NCBI GenBank assembly: GCA_964188305.1
Contig: OZ076897.1
From: Podarcis bocagei
Taxonomy: Eukaryota
Direction: 5' to 3' (one strand)
Length of the DNA stretch: 64,000 bases
The translations under genes and the position numbers were made by a program. This document shows positions 36,171-49,091 of this stretch, in pieces. Position 1 is the first letter of the stretch; each line of letters starts with the position of its first letter. The notes under the pieces are model-generated. The model was given only the letters and a program-made list of their open reading frames with translations. It made no database searches and was not told where the DNA came from.

Positions 36171-36617
36171 TGCCCAAAGGAACACACATAGCAGAGAGTT
36201 AACTTATCAAAGATAACACTTACACTCGTTTCTACAGCTCTGGAGACCTGCACACACCAATCTGGCGTCTAGACAGCTATTCCCAGATTTGCGCTCTGTG
36301 AAGCAATTGTAGCATCAGGGGACCATTCATCCATTTATGCACCTTCCCCTGACGGGTTGTGCACATGTAGCCTGAGACTGCACCTGAGTGGAAGTCGCCT
36401 CTGTGCTTTCCGTTTCAGTTCTTTCCTGGTTCTGGGAGACAGTGGGGCAGGGGAAGTGGGGCAGCACCCAGCCAGCACTGGCCTGGTCTGCCTCTTCTTC
36501 TTCCTTCTCTTCATCCAGCTCTGAAGCTTCCCCTGCCTCTATTCTTTCCTCCTGGTGGGTACAGGTCGGACTCCAGTCCCTGGTACACACTCATCGCTGT
36601 CCTGTTAGTCCCTGACA
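36171..36617 (-). mobile_element. Solo LTR, Gypsy-like (TGTCAGGG start), inserted into a LINE 3' tail
   Basis: TG...CA termini; 5-bp TSD CACCC/TACCC; splits the host sequence tgtttgccaccc|cgggctccgttgggaggaagggtgg; TATA-like CATAAAT near 36333-36339. Confidence 0.75.
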
Positions 36618-37951
36618 TACCCCGGGCTCCGTTGGGAGGAAGGGTGGGGTATATATTTAATAAACAAACAAACAAACAAACAAACAAACAAATAAGCACC
36701 CCTTGGCTTTGCATGAGACTCTGTGAAAGGAAAGTCCCACAAGCCGGGCACAAGCCACACAAATTCCTCTGCCTTTGCTGTCAGTGGCTCAGTGTTGACA
36801 TTTGGAGCATGGAGAGCGTGCCTGTATGGCCTTAGTTGAAAGCCTTAACGGGAGGATTAAGAGATTTCAAAAAGCTCAATATCAGGTCCATTAATGTGAA
36901 CCCACAGTGGGATGTGAAGGAAGTCAAGAAAAAAATCAAACAGGCTTTAAGATGAGATCAAATCCAGTAAACGTTGCTATTTTGTAATTATAATTATTAT
37001 TCGTTAAATTTATATGACGTCCTTCGTCTGAAGATCGCAGGGCAGTTCACAAGATAAAAATAAAGGATAAAAGCACAAAATGAATAGCTAAAATCAAAAC
37101 AAACCCGTAACAATAATTATAGCCCAAATACATTTCCCAAATACATAACCCAAATACATTTCAAATATCATTCCTCATTATTGAAATTGTACTTTTTTTG
37201 TTTGCAAAAGTATCAACTTTCTATTATGGCTGAAATTTAGTGGACTTTAATCTCTGATACATTTGGATAAAAGGGAGAGTGTGAGATGTCGTTGGGGGGA
37301 GGGAAAACCCACCCGCAAACCCTGAAGCCCCCTTCTTATCTCTCTGTAATTCAAAGAGCACATGCGCCAGCAAGCACCTACAAATACCACAAGCACATGC
37401 TAATCAGCCTTTGCTGAAAGCAGGTATCCCTTCCCCGTAACTGATCAGGTCATTTGTGTCTCGATTGTGCATTTGCTTGTCGCAGTGAAGAACAGCACCT
37501 TCTGCATCAGCGAGTGGCATTCCTACTGGAGGCGAACGATGAGCCTCAGCGTTATATATATATCCCAGTCACGCAATTTCGTAAGGGTCTTGTTTCAACT
37601 TGGTGGTGGTCTCAACAGAGGCAAAAAAGAGGCAACATGGAGGGAGGGAGAAAGAAATGAAAGGGGGGGGGAGGAAATGACATGAGTTGGGGAGGGAACC
37701 AAAATGCACCTGTTGCTCAAGTTATGGAGCCAAGTCAACGGTATTAATTTATGAGTGTGTGAATATTATCTCTTATCAGCTGCACTCGTTGACTGGCAGC
37801 CAATAAAGCATCATAAAGTCCAGTAGGATTGAGGTTAGAAATGAATGCATTGCTACGGCTACGAGAGGCATTTGTGGCATTTAAATCAATTGATCCTACA
37901 TGAAGCGTGCATTTACTCCGCCTGTTAAGCAGAGCCTTCAGGGAGTCCTAC

Positions 37952-38129
37952 CCGTCATGAAGCTATGAGCTACAGGCTGATCCGCCGCTGGGTGAGGTAA
38001 TGCAGGAGTCGCTGGGGAAGACTGTGTCCTGGCAATGGGCTGGCGTCTGTCCAATTGCGCCATGCCAACTGCAGCCATCTGAGCCCGGTACATTTGCAAC
38101 TGCTGGATTCGCCGGCGCTCCAGGATCTG
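37952..38129 (-). CDS. HDAC9: HDAC9 internal coding exon (linker before the deacetylase domain, includes RTQSSP 14-3-3-type site)
   Basis: Translates QILERRRIQQLQMYRAQMAAVGMAQLDRRQPIARTQSSPATPALPHPAADQPVAHSFMT(G). Acceptor ...ttcctgacaacag, donor GTAGGA. Phase-1 end joins the next exon to give ...MTGVAYD. AAVGM and SSP..LPHPA match class IIa HDAC9. Confidence 0.9.
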
Positions 38130-38507
38130 CTGTTGTCAGGAAAGAAGCACAGTGGAAAGAAATGTGAGGAGGGATCAAGCGGAAGACTGGAGGGAAATGT
38201 GGGCAAAGTAAACAAGGGTGGGCAAAGGCCCACCTGAGAGCTACTCAATAAATCTGTCCAATAGATGTGTTCACATTGAACCTCTCCAAGTGCCCCTATT
38301 TTCCAGAGACAGCCCTGAAGTTACAGAAGCCGCCCCAGTTTCTGATTTGATCCCAGAATGTCCTGCTTTTCCTTAGGATATCTCTATTGTCATCGGAGAA
38401 ATGTTGGAGGATATGGAGATATGTGGAACCCCACACACACACACACACCGAGCCAAAGAGATAAGTAACTATAGAGCCTTTAGGAGACTTCTGAAGGTAA
38501 CCCTGTA

Positions 38508-38733
38508 CAGTGGTACCTCAGGTTAAGTATTTAATTCATTCCGGAGGTCCGTTCTTAACCTGAAACTGTTCTTAACCTTAAGCACCACTTTAGCTAATGG
38601 GGCCTCCTGCTGCCGCTGCGCCACCGGAGCACTATTTCTGTTCTTATCCTGAAGCAAAGTTCTTAACCTGAAGCACTATTTCTGGGTTAGCGGAGTCTGT
38701 AACCTGAAGCGTATGTAACCCGAGGTACCACTG
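38508..38733. mobile_element. Tc1/mariner MITE (same family), nested in an older repeat
   Basis: Same TIR and body as 11727-11962; TA TSD. Confidence 0.92.
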
Positions 38734-38810
38734 TATAGGGAAGTTTTTTAATGTTTAATGTTTTATTATGTTTTTATATAGGTTGGAATAGGAGGTTCCC
38801 TATTTTCATT

Positions 38811-39084
38811 GAAGAAGAAGAAGAAGAAGAAGAGGAGGAGGAGGAGGAGGAGTTTGGATTTGATATCCCACTTTATCACTACCTGAAGGAGTCTCAAAGC
38901 GGCTAACATTCTCCTTTCCCTTCCTCCCCCACAACAAACACTCTGTGAGGTGAGTGAGGCTGAGAGACTTCAGAGAAGTGTGACTGGCCCAAGGTCACCC
39001 AGCAGCTGCATGTGGAGGAGCGGGGAATCGAACCCGGTTCACCAGATTACGAATCTACCGCTCTTAACCACTACACCACACTGG
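38811..39084 (-). mobile_element. Squam3-like (MIR/CORE-derived) SINE with (CTT/CCT)n tail
   Basis: Minus strand CCAGTGTGGTGTAGTGGTTAAGAG head, B box GGTTCGATTCC, GGGTGACCTTGGGC core. Confidence 0.88.
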
Positions 39085-40069
39085 AGAAATGTTGAAGGGT
39101 ATGTCAGAGGCTGCATCTCTTGCCAGGCCCAGAATAAGTTCTGCATCTTCTACCAGGTAGCTGCAGAAGAAAACTCCCATCAGGGGAATACAGAGACTGG
39201 AAAGAAACGGATTCAGTAACAAGATCTCAGACGAGGCCACATGATCTAAACAGAAGAGATCACCCAATACAGCTTCAGAAAGATGATCAGATAAGGTGGA
39301 CGCTTCAGGAATGCTTATTGATTCAAGCAACAAATAATAAAATTCTTTTCACAGTGACTCAGCCCTTAGGTATGACTCATATCAGTTTTCCTAATGCTCC
39401 AGTACAATTCTGATGCTCCATTGCAGAACTCCACGTGAGCTTTGACACACATGTGTAGCTCTTGTGCATGCAGGGTGTCATATATATTTCAATGAAGGGA
39501 GCAGATCCTTGGAAAGAGAAAGGTTCATTGAGATCTACGTCTCCCATTGAAGTGACTGGAGTATTATTTCCACATCAGCAATGACCCCTTAGCTCCGTTC
39601 CCAGTTATTTAAGAATTCCTTCACCATGTGAAAAGGGACCCAAGCCTTACATCTAATAACTGTCACACTAATGTGGATTTAACAAAACAACTCTTCTGTG
39701 TTCAAGGACTTTACATGGGAAAGCTCTATTTCGGAATAATAGAACACATGATTTTACCCAGTAAAGTGGTCTCCTAATAAATCATATGCTATCTCAACAG
39801 GGTGTGAATAATACCATTGTGCTTAGGCCTGCTTATTCAATTCCTCGCTTGGGCTTTCCGAATTATTAGGGTGCTTACACAACAGGCAGCTGAAAGTGGG
39901 GGGATGCTTTGCTTGGGGAGGGGGAAATCCCGATGACTAGAAATACAAGACACAAAATATTCCTCATAACTCCACCCAGCACCCCTGCAAAAGCCACATC
40001 CAACCACACACACTAATAATGTGGGAATATGTCCTTCACACACAAGCCCCAATTGCACTATATATAAAA

Positions 40070-40152
40070 ATCATAGAATTGTCCAAAGTGGGGCATGAAC
40101 TCAGGACCCTGGAATTAAGAGTCTCACGCTCTACCGACAGAGCTATCTCAGG
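40070..40152 (-). mobile_element. tRNA-Lys-derived SINE head (Squam2-like), degenerate
   Basis: Minus strand tagctctgtcggtagagcgtgagactcttaat...gggtcctgagttca resembles tRNA-Lys(CTT), with a broken acceptor stem and T arm. Confidence 0.65.
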
Positions 40153-41384
40153 TCTTATCCTGACACTTTAAACAGTAACAGCTTCTCCCAAAGAATCCTG
40201 GGAACTGTAGTTTGTTAAGGATGCTTAGAGTCATTTGGATACCCTTATTGCCTTCGCCACAATTCCCAGAGTCCCCCAGGAAGAGGGACTGACTGTTAAC
40301 CACTCTGAGAATTGCAGCGCTAATTTTGTACCTTTCTTGAGCATAGATGTGCACAAAACGTGTATAGATGCAAAATGAGAATCACTATAATTTAATAGAA
40401 ATTCTGTACATCTCACCATCGTGGGGAAGACTGTGGCCGGGTGATCACTGTTGATGACCAACCTCAAGGTTCCTTTTCACCCTTCTTATTCTGCTTTGTT
40501 TTCAAAGAAATGCTTTTCCAATAGAGAACTGTCTGTAAAGGGCCACCCTAAACGCATCAGAACCTCTCTCACTGCCATCTCTGCCCAAAGCAACTCCGCT
40601 GAAGTGAACTTGGAAGCTATGGAGGTGCTCTTAATGTGTTCGCCATTTCTCAGGGAGTGGAATCTTTGGGGCATTGCTGTATTTAATGTGAGATCACTCA
40701 TTGCCAGAGTGAGTTAATTTCGGGTTGGGCAGGGAGGAGTGGGGGTGTCTATACTTGCTGAGCTAGGTAGAATGAGAGGATCAAAATGTGGAAAATAAAA
40801 TTAGGGCTGTGTTAGCACATACTATATTACAGGCTGCGCAGCACTGCAGAGTTTCCAGCTTCTGATGTCTCCAACTGATTTTGGACCAAGGAAAGCAGAA
40901 TACATTTTAAAGTAATCATAGCAACTGAGACCAGTGGAATTATGTGGATGTACAGGAAAGCCCCAGTAAATGTTAATGGATATTCTGGCATTAGCAAGAC
41001 TTGAAAGAAAAAGAAAAAGAGCGGGGAGGGAGATGAAATCCCAAGGGTGCACAAGGAAAGAGATTTTATTGGCCCAATGCACATTTTAAAAGCTCGCCGC
41101 TGTTGTCCTAACAGAATTACACCACATAATGGCATGCTTTCAAAGTACCCCCAAAGAATTTTAATTCAAAGTGCACTTTGAATAAATAAAATATTTATTT
41201 TTGTGCACCCCATGGGGTTTCATCCCCCCCTACTTATTTCCCTGTTATTGGTACTGCCTTCTCTTTCTTTGGTTTCTTTAGCTTGTGATTGGCCACAAAG
41301 GCAAATGCAAATTAGTGAGCGATCAAAGCATTAAATCAATTCTCCCATTTGGAGCATCAGGAAGATGCTATGAAATTGGCTTTT

Positions 41385-41387
<3 letters not shown>

Positions 41388-41445
<58 letters not shown>
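41388..41445. repeat. (CT)n(GT)n microsatellite
   Basis: Seen directly. Confidence 0.97.
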
Positions 41446-41495
41446 TGACTGCTGCACTATCTTAAAAAGCGTGTTCTCCAATAAATGAGAGCACG

Positions 41496-42308
41496 TGTTG
41501 CAGTGTGGGCCACCGGGCCAGGCCTCTGGTTGCCAGGCAGGTTAATAGTTGTTGCCTGGCATTGTGATTGGATAACCGGGTTGCTGGGGCAAATTGTATG
41601 TTGCAAATTGGGTGGGTGAGACCATAGTCTTTAAATATTGGTGCACTCCGGTTTCTCTTTCTCTTTGCAGAGTGCATCGGATCACCCGCCCGCCCGCCCT
41701 CTTTTCCGGTTGACCTTGCTTTGCCTGTCATGGGGTCGTCTGCCTTGGCACAGGGGCCTAGTAGGAATTTTGCCATTTGGTGATTGGCTGTGCCATTTGG
41801 TTTCTGCCTACTACTCAGCAATTCGTCACAACTTGTAAGGTTGTGGTTAGGCATTGGTTATAATATGCTGGTGGTGGAGGGGTCAGGATAGGCCGTGCCT
41901 ACCCCTCCCATTGCGCTGAAGGGAATTCTGTTAAAGGAATCCTGGGGCTTGCCATGATTTCGTCCAATCCCTGTCATGGGACCAGGGCTGCCCAATCCCT
42001 GTCATGGGAATCCTTGTCATAGGACCTGGGCCGGCAAGCTTTCGGGGAGCTGCTGGGGTGAGTGGCGTGGGTCCGACGCTTAGCTCAAATGACCCCCAAG
42101 TTTGACTTTCCCTTCTACTGGCTACCGATCGGACCTCGGGATGTCAATTCTGTCCCAGGCGGGGGGACAGATAGTCATAACCAATGTCTAAACAACCACT
42201 CACTGATTTTGTATTTTAATAAAGTTGTGGCCAAAATAGTGCCCAAAAACCAAAACTAAATTACGTGTTATGTGTGAAGTTATTTGAGGGGTGGCCTGGG
42301 GACCTACA
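41496..42308 (+). mobile_element. Solo LTR, ERV1-like (813 bp)
   Basis: TG...CA termini; perfect 4-bp TSD CACG; CCAAT boxes; AATAAA at 42218-42223. Confidence 0.85.
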
Positions 42309-42906
42309 CACGCAAATCAAACCATAAGTAGATCAAGGACGTCTGCTGGCACTTTGGCACTGGGGCCTGTTTCTGTACCCCACAAGAGCAAATCCATTGC
42401 ACTGCTAAATAAACCAGTTTTCATTACATCCAGCTTTTCTAGCATTCACTCTCCCAAAATTAAAGCCGCTCCAGAATTTATTTATTTTTTCATCATTCAC
42501 TGAGAGAGAATCACAAATCAATTGTTTCGTTGTGCAGTTTCGGATCACGTAACACACCACAACACAGTTTCCTAAGCACACACCACACTCTTGAGGAAAG
42601 CCACAATGTGTGACAAACATACATGCCATGTGTAAATGTGGTGGAAAGCCATGCAGGAAATAGTCATGAAATAGAGACATATGAGTCTGCCGCACATTCT
42701 GGCACACAATGTGCTCTTCCTACATAGAAGTGGCGTTTCTGTAAGAAACTGTCTTAGTTAAAGTATTCCGAAGAGGGGAGTTAAGCAACACCACCTTAGT
42801 TCTTTTCTGAGGATGTGAGAACTTAGATTGCAGGCTGTAATCCTGGAGACAGTTACTAGGGAGTAACTCCCATTTAACTCAATGGGGTTTTCTGAGAAGG
42901 CATATA

Positions 42907-43129
42907 CAGTCGTACCTTGGAAGTCGAATGGAATCCGTTCCAGAAGTCCGTTCGACTTCCAAAACTTTCAAAAACCAAAGTGCAGCTTCTGATTGGAAGC
43001 TGCAGAAGGTTCGTCGGACATTCAGCTTCCAAAAATAGTTCGCAAACTGGAACAGTCATTTCCGGGTTTACGGCATTTGGAAGCCAAAATATTCGAGAAC
43101 TATGCTGTTTGAAAACCAAGGTATGACTG
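42907..43129. mobile_element. Tc1/mariner (Tigger-like) MITE, second family
   Basis: TIR CAGTCRTACCTTGG; TA TSD; internally palindromic. Confidence 0.85.
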
Positions 43130-46100
43130 TATAGGATTGTACCATTAACCTGCAATCCTCTATCCACTAACCTAGGAGTAAGTCTACTGAACTCAGCCAG
43201 ACATGCTTCTGAGTAGACATTCACATGAGTATGCTGTTAAACTAGACTCCTATGAACATTTGCTTAGGAGAAAGATCAGTTGAGCTCCCTGGGGTTGACT
43301 TCTGAGCAGGCATGCATCTGATGGTGTTACTATTTTTTTTAAGCTGAAATACATACCATAACATACATACAACAATATTTACTTGTTGAGGGGATCTGTG
43401 CTGTGCTTTATCAAAACCAAATCTGGGTATGGAAGAAGATCTAATTATTACAGATGCTCTTCCATCTTGCCCATGCGTGTTCAATGGGAAAGGGATCATG
43501 CGAGTGTGATTAATTTTTCAAAATAAGTTTTAACTATACATGGTAAGAGTACGAAGACCTTAAATCCCAGATTGTGCAAAATGTTGATTCTAATTGTTAT
43601 GTTTAGCTGGCCTTGGCTTGTGACAAGCTTGGTATTTTGCAGATTTCCTACCTGCCACCCTCCCTTTTAGCAAGTGAAGTTACACAGATGACTCTTCTTG
43701 AAGCTCACCTCTTTATTCCTAATTATCTTGGCCCTGTGTTCACTCAATGAAATACTGCCGTTGTCCCTGAGAGTTCTCATTTGGGATGAGTGACAAACTA
43801 AATTATCCAGCATTTCGATATGTAAAAAGAAAACCTCACTGAAAGGCAACCATGCATTTTTTTATTTTTATTTTTTGCTACCAACAGATTTTTCACTGCT
43901 GTATTGGCACTGATCCATAACTTGATGATAGAAACTGCAACAATACCCAGAGGGTCACAGGTAGTATAAAAGAACTAGATAAGAACAGGGATCTATACAC
44001 CACACTAGCCATTGGTGATGATAGTGTCTTTTTAGCTATGATATGCTAATTTAGATTGTAGGTGGAGCTAAATCTGCTTTTCCAGTTAGGTCTGCCTTGC
44101 ACAGAATTAAATTTGCTAAGACAGTCTAGGTCAGCAGCTTCAGCTCTCTTTACTGGAGACTTTGGGGTCAACAAGGGAGTGACGTGGGAGACTGAAATGT
44201 TTCCCCACTAGTTTCTGAATGCTGCCCTTTTTAATAATGACTCTTTTACTTGCTGTATTAAAATATTTGCACCCTGCTTTTCCAAAGAAAAATCAAAGTG
44301 ATCTACAATTAAAAAGGCAAAGACACTGTAAAAACAACAGCATTAACAAAAAAAACCCCAAAAGCAACAGATGAGCCACTTATGAAACAACCAACCCAAA
44401 AAGATTTGAGTGAGGACTATGTTCAAAATAAATAAGGCAATTGTTTTTGTTCGGGCTTGAAGATGCCTCAAACAAAGATGAGGTTTAAGATGCTGTCCTA
44501 TTTGATGAAAGAGCCTTGTTTGAAAATGAAACCATTTTATATTAGTGCAAACTGGCAGTTATAAGTACTCCCTCCATAGTTGAAAGAATGTTTAATGGCC
44601 ATAGAATGCCTCTGAAAACCCCTCGCTGGGAGGTTTTCCTCCCCAATGGAGGAAGAAAGTTGTTGGTCTCAGGTGCTGCTTGAGGGCTTCCTATGGGCAT
44701 CTGTTGGCCACTGTGAGAAGAGAATATGGTCCTTTGGTCCTCTCCATCAGGACTCTTCTTCTGGAAGGGACTACCCACTGGGACTGCTATCATATTTCAT
44801 TGTTCTGTGTTATGTACCCAGAGGGTAAAACTGGGATCTGCACAGCTGATTAAACGGCTGCTGAGGAAACCGTCAAAGATGAATGCCGGATTCGTGGTTA
44901 GGCAACATAAGCCACAACTGGGATTCCTAAAGTGGTTTAACCACCAGAGAGCATTGTGTGGGGTGTGAATCAATGGTTCACCCTTTCAAGCCCCCCTCAT
45001 GTTTGCTTATCATATGACAGGAAAGCGGGAGCAATTTAAAATGCCTAGAACGTCTACCACATGAGGAGTTTAATTGCTATGTATGGTACACCATAGTGGG
45101 ATATTTGCAAGTGCCCTCCGAGTGATACATATCATTCAGAATAATGAGTCCAGTTCATAGACTCAAGACCTAAAATGGCTGACCACAGAGCCTCTCTGTT
45201 CCCCAGACCCTGTAATTGCTCTAGATTCTCTCCTATTGACAGCTCTGTATTTCAACAGCCTCGAGTTTTATTCCTATAGCTTTATCTATATTGCTATTGA
45301 TTATCTAGCTAGATACAGGTTTAAATCTACACAGAGAGAGCTGAATTTCAACCTTCGTAATAAGAGTTCCCTTTTAAAAAGAGAAACATTGAAATTCACC
45401 CTTAGTTCTCCTGCATGTGGAAACATGGAAAGCACAAGAGCAGTGTAGGTTTGGGACAGACTTACGACATGTTGTAGCAAAAGGAAATCTTCCTGGATCT
45501 ATCCATGACATGCTTTGTGCTACCAGTTACTTTCAAAAGCACACCAGAGATGTTCTCCTGGGTGATTTTCCTAAGTTGCCTCACTTGGTAGTAGTTACTC
45601 AGAAGCCTAATGCTGCCCTCAACCTGCATTGCTTTTGTATGGAACACTTTTACCTCAGTGTCCTCACTTTCTTTCCTATGTACAGCGCCTGCTGGTCCCT
45701 ATGTCCTGGTAGAACGTCAATGGCTTCATTTAAATCCTCCAAGATAACAGAGACGTTCTCAGCCAGTAAGTGCTGGTGAGTCAGTTTGCTAGCTATAACC
45801 GCCGGGGAGAGTGAATTGTTATCTGAGTTAGGGGTGGTGATGGAGGCAGGGAGTATCTCAACCAGCACCATGCAAGCACTGGTACAGCCATGAGCAAGGA
45901 TAGCTACAAAGTACTAGCAGAGGTGCTGTCTACTCCTCCTCAAGGGATCAAGATAGTTATCCAAAAATTGCAGAGATGTCCTTCTCCACTCAGCTGCTAA
46001 CTAGCAAACTACCTCCCTGGCTATCACTAGTGCACAATAGTATTCATAATGTGATTCAGATATGCTTCTCAACATTTCCCATTCCCAAATAACATGGATC

Positions 46101-48920
46101 AAGTAGACCTGGGTTGTCTGAAGAGGTCCAGCAAGCAAGGAACATCTTCAGCTATATAGCACATAAAACTCCTCGGTTTCTCCACTTGACACAAATAAGG
46201 GACTTAAGATTTGTCCCATCATGAACAACTATAATTTTTGGAGAACTAGTTTGAAGCAACGGATGATTAGCTACTTTGAAAACCTTGTTCCTTTGAGATT
46301 TAAGCCGGGTTGACCTTGTAGCTAATTATGCAGTCCGGTGTCTTTGAGAATCGCCAGCATTCCTGATTGCAGTCCCCGGGCCTTTGCCTGCTCAAATTAA
46401 GGGAAGGACAGGAGATCAGGCCAATTGCCTAAGGGTCTGTTTCCAGTGTGGTTGATCAAGGCACACAATGTCGACAAAAATCCCCATGAGTGGAAAGGGT
46501 GGATTCACTGGGATTGATTATCCGTGTTGCGTGTCTGTTATGCAATTGAATCAGGGAACGGTCTGCGAGTAGTTCTTTTGTCATTCTGAAGAGGAATTGC
46601 TATTCCTTGCAATGCATCTTTCAGTGAAGACCCTTGGCATTCTGTACATTCATCATGTATGTCTCACCAACTCATTCAACCACTAACTCCCAACTGGCAT
46701 GAGTGGCATGAATCTTGGCAACATGCCTTCCATTCTTTTGGCTTTTGGCACACGGGACTGATGAATACCAGCAGAAACATTCAGAGGCATCCACAGCCAT
46801 TTGCAAAAGAAGAAACGGTTTATATCACAAATGTTCAAGTACACAATACGCAAGGCACCTTGAAAGAGATGAGCTTTGCAATGTTTGGGTGGTGGTGGTG
46901 AAACAGGGTTCAGAGTCTGAGTGCAGTGCATATGCCAGTTCCTCCCAGCCAAACATTTCAGAGAGTATCAGCACAATGGTCCAATTATTGACAATTTTAA
47001 TAATGTTTTGACAATTTAATAATGTTTTGTGGTTGTGTTTACTGATTTTATTACGATTTTGGATGTTGTATAACATTCCTTGATATACAGGACTATAAAC
47101 AAACAAACAAATAAACAAGAGGAACTGGGAGCCAGGAAGTTCTCCAGAAGATCAGAGTTGAGGGACAAAGCCAGGCCTGGAGACCAGGTTGGGCTCATCA
47201 CAGGAATAAGATATGAATTATTGTACAAATGAGTGGCTGAGTGGTCTGTGGCTTTCGGGATCTTAAGGAACCCATGCACACATTTCTGCAGAGACTCAAA
47301 GCATCATCTTCACCATCATCATTAGGTGGTCAAATTCCTTCACCATAGATGATGACAGAAAGATAAATCAGCAGGAGTTTTGCCGGACAGTTTCTCCTTC
47401 CCTTCTATTCTGAGCATGGAAAAGGGAGAAGCACAGCAGTGGCCTCTGACCCAGGCAGATACAGAAGCAGGTGGTCTCTGTTGTACTAATAAAAGGGACT
47501 TTGCTGAGGAAAAGATGGATGGAGAGATGATGGAAGAATGAATAGGAAGTCCTGGGGCTGGTGAGGTCTCTGTTTGTTTTCGTGTTTATTTGTTGTAGAG
47601 AATGACTTATTCCTTTACTTTGTTTCCTAGCTAACAGTGAGAGGGCAGATTGCAAGCTGGCAAAGAAGTTGAGGAGATTTGGGGGTTGACAGCTCAGCTG
47701 CAGGACAGGAACAGCTGGTCTTCCTTGGCCTCTCCTTAAGTGCCCTTCCCAACGGTTGCTTTTCTTGACTATATGGCCAGCAGACTGCAGCTTGGAAGGA
47801 CTCTTACAATAAGTCATTTGTGTGGTTGAGTCTTTGTCAAGGTGGCATTAAAAGGACTGAGGGCCCTGGTGCTGTTTCTAAAATCCCCCCTTCCCTACAA
47901 AAGGAATATACAATATGGACTAAAAAAATACTATTGAGTTAAAGTGCATTTATATTTGTCTTCCTATATAAATAAAACGGTGTGCTATCGTCACACTCTG
48001 CAGTTTGTGTGCAGCCGTGCCAATGGCAGCATGAGGAACAACAAGCAGGCCATTGAACAGAGGTGGGGTGTTTCACAGAGATTTAGCAAACCACTGTGTG
48101 GAGCACCTCCCCCTCCAATAAATGTGCCTGCAGTGAGCTGTGGGGGGAATAGGCAAGGGAGTTAGTGAGGTGTAAAGGGAGGGGGGTTGGTCAGGTGTGG
48201 GGGAAGACTAATGGAGCAGGCAGGGTTGGTCAAGTGGAGCAAGCAGGAATGGCAGCCTCTAGTCAGAAATAGTTGTACACTGCAACACATGTAGATGACG
48301 AGGCATGAAGTGGGTTAAATGACAAGGAGTGGAGGCAAACTTGCAGACATTTACAGGTTCTTAAATAGAGGTTGGAATTTTGGCCTTGGCATATTTAGGA
48401 GCCTGTAAAGGTTTTGGCCAAGAAACCAATAAAAAAATAAATGTCAGAACAATTTTTTAAAAATAATTAATTAATTAAATTCATAAATAAACCAGACCGG
48501 CAGTGATCGTTTCAGGCACACCCATCACACCAAAACTTGAAGTAACCTGAAAATGTCACAAAAATGGCAGAACAGAGCAGGAAGGGGGCAGAATGGGGTG
48601 TCTGCAGGCTTTTTCAATGGTGTTTCAAATATACCGGATTTTACTGTAATTAATTTAATTTTAATTAAGTCATAATTAAAACTGCAGTGCCTGTGATTCT
48701 GTTGGACTCAGTTGGATCAAAGAACACTAGGGAAAGAACACTTTTGGCACTGCTCTTGTTGGACTCCAACTCCCATCAGCCCCAGTCAGTGTAACCAATA
48801 GTCAGAGAGATTATGAGATTTGTAGTTCAGAGTCATCACAAGTTCTCCATTTTTGCTTTACGATGGAGATCACAAAGCCAGCACAGATGTTACTGCAGGC
48901 AATTTCCTTTCAGGCAATTA

Positions 48921-49091
48921 CCCTTTTTTCTGTGTATAAGACTAGTCCCCCCCCCTAAAAAATAATGTCAAAAATTAGGTGGTGTCTTATACACAGGGCC
49001 ATCTCCCCCCATTTTCTTAAATCTAAGTCCCCAAGAATAGGGGGTGGGGGGGTCTTATACATGGGGCCGTCTTATAGACGAAAACATACGG
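48921..49091. mobile_element. Tc2/pogo-like MITE, degenerate
   Basis: TA-flanked ends resembling CCGTATTTTTC...TATAAGAC; repeated gtcttata. Confidence 0.6.

Noticed and set aside
39102-39447. Possible third decayed Gypsy LTR with a basic-motif remnant (KKRIQ*QDLRRGH); similar hint at 49212-49488
   Set aside because: TGTCA/TGACA-like ends but no TSD, and too degenerate to support.
40070-40152. tRNA-Lys gene (also the tRNA-Ile-like sequence at 61170-61250)
   Set aside because: Stems are broken and both adjoin SINE/CR1-type tail sequence; these are SINE heads.
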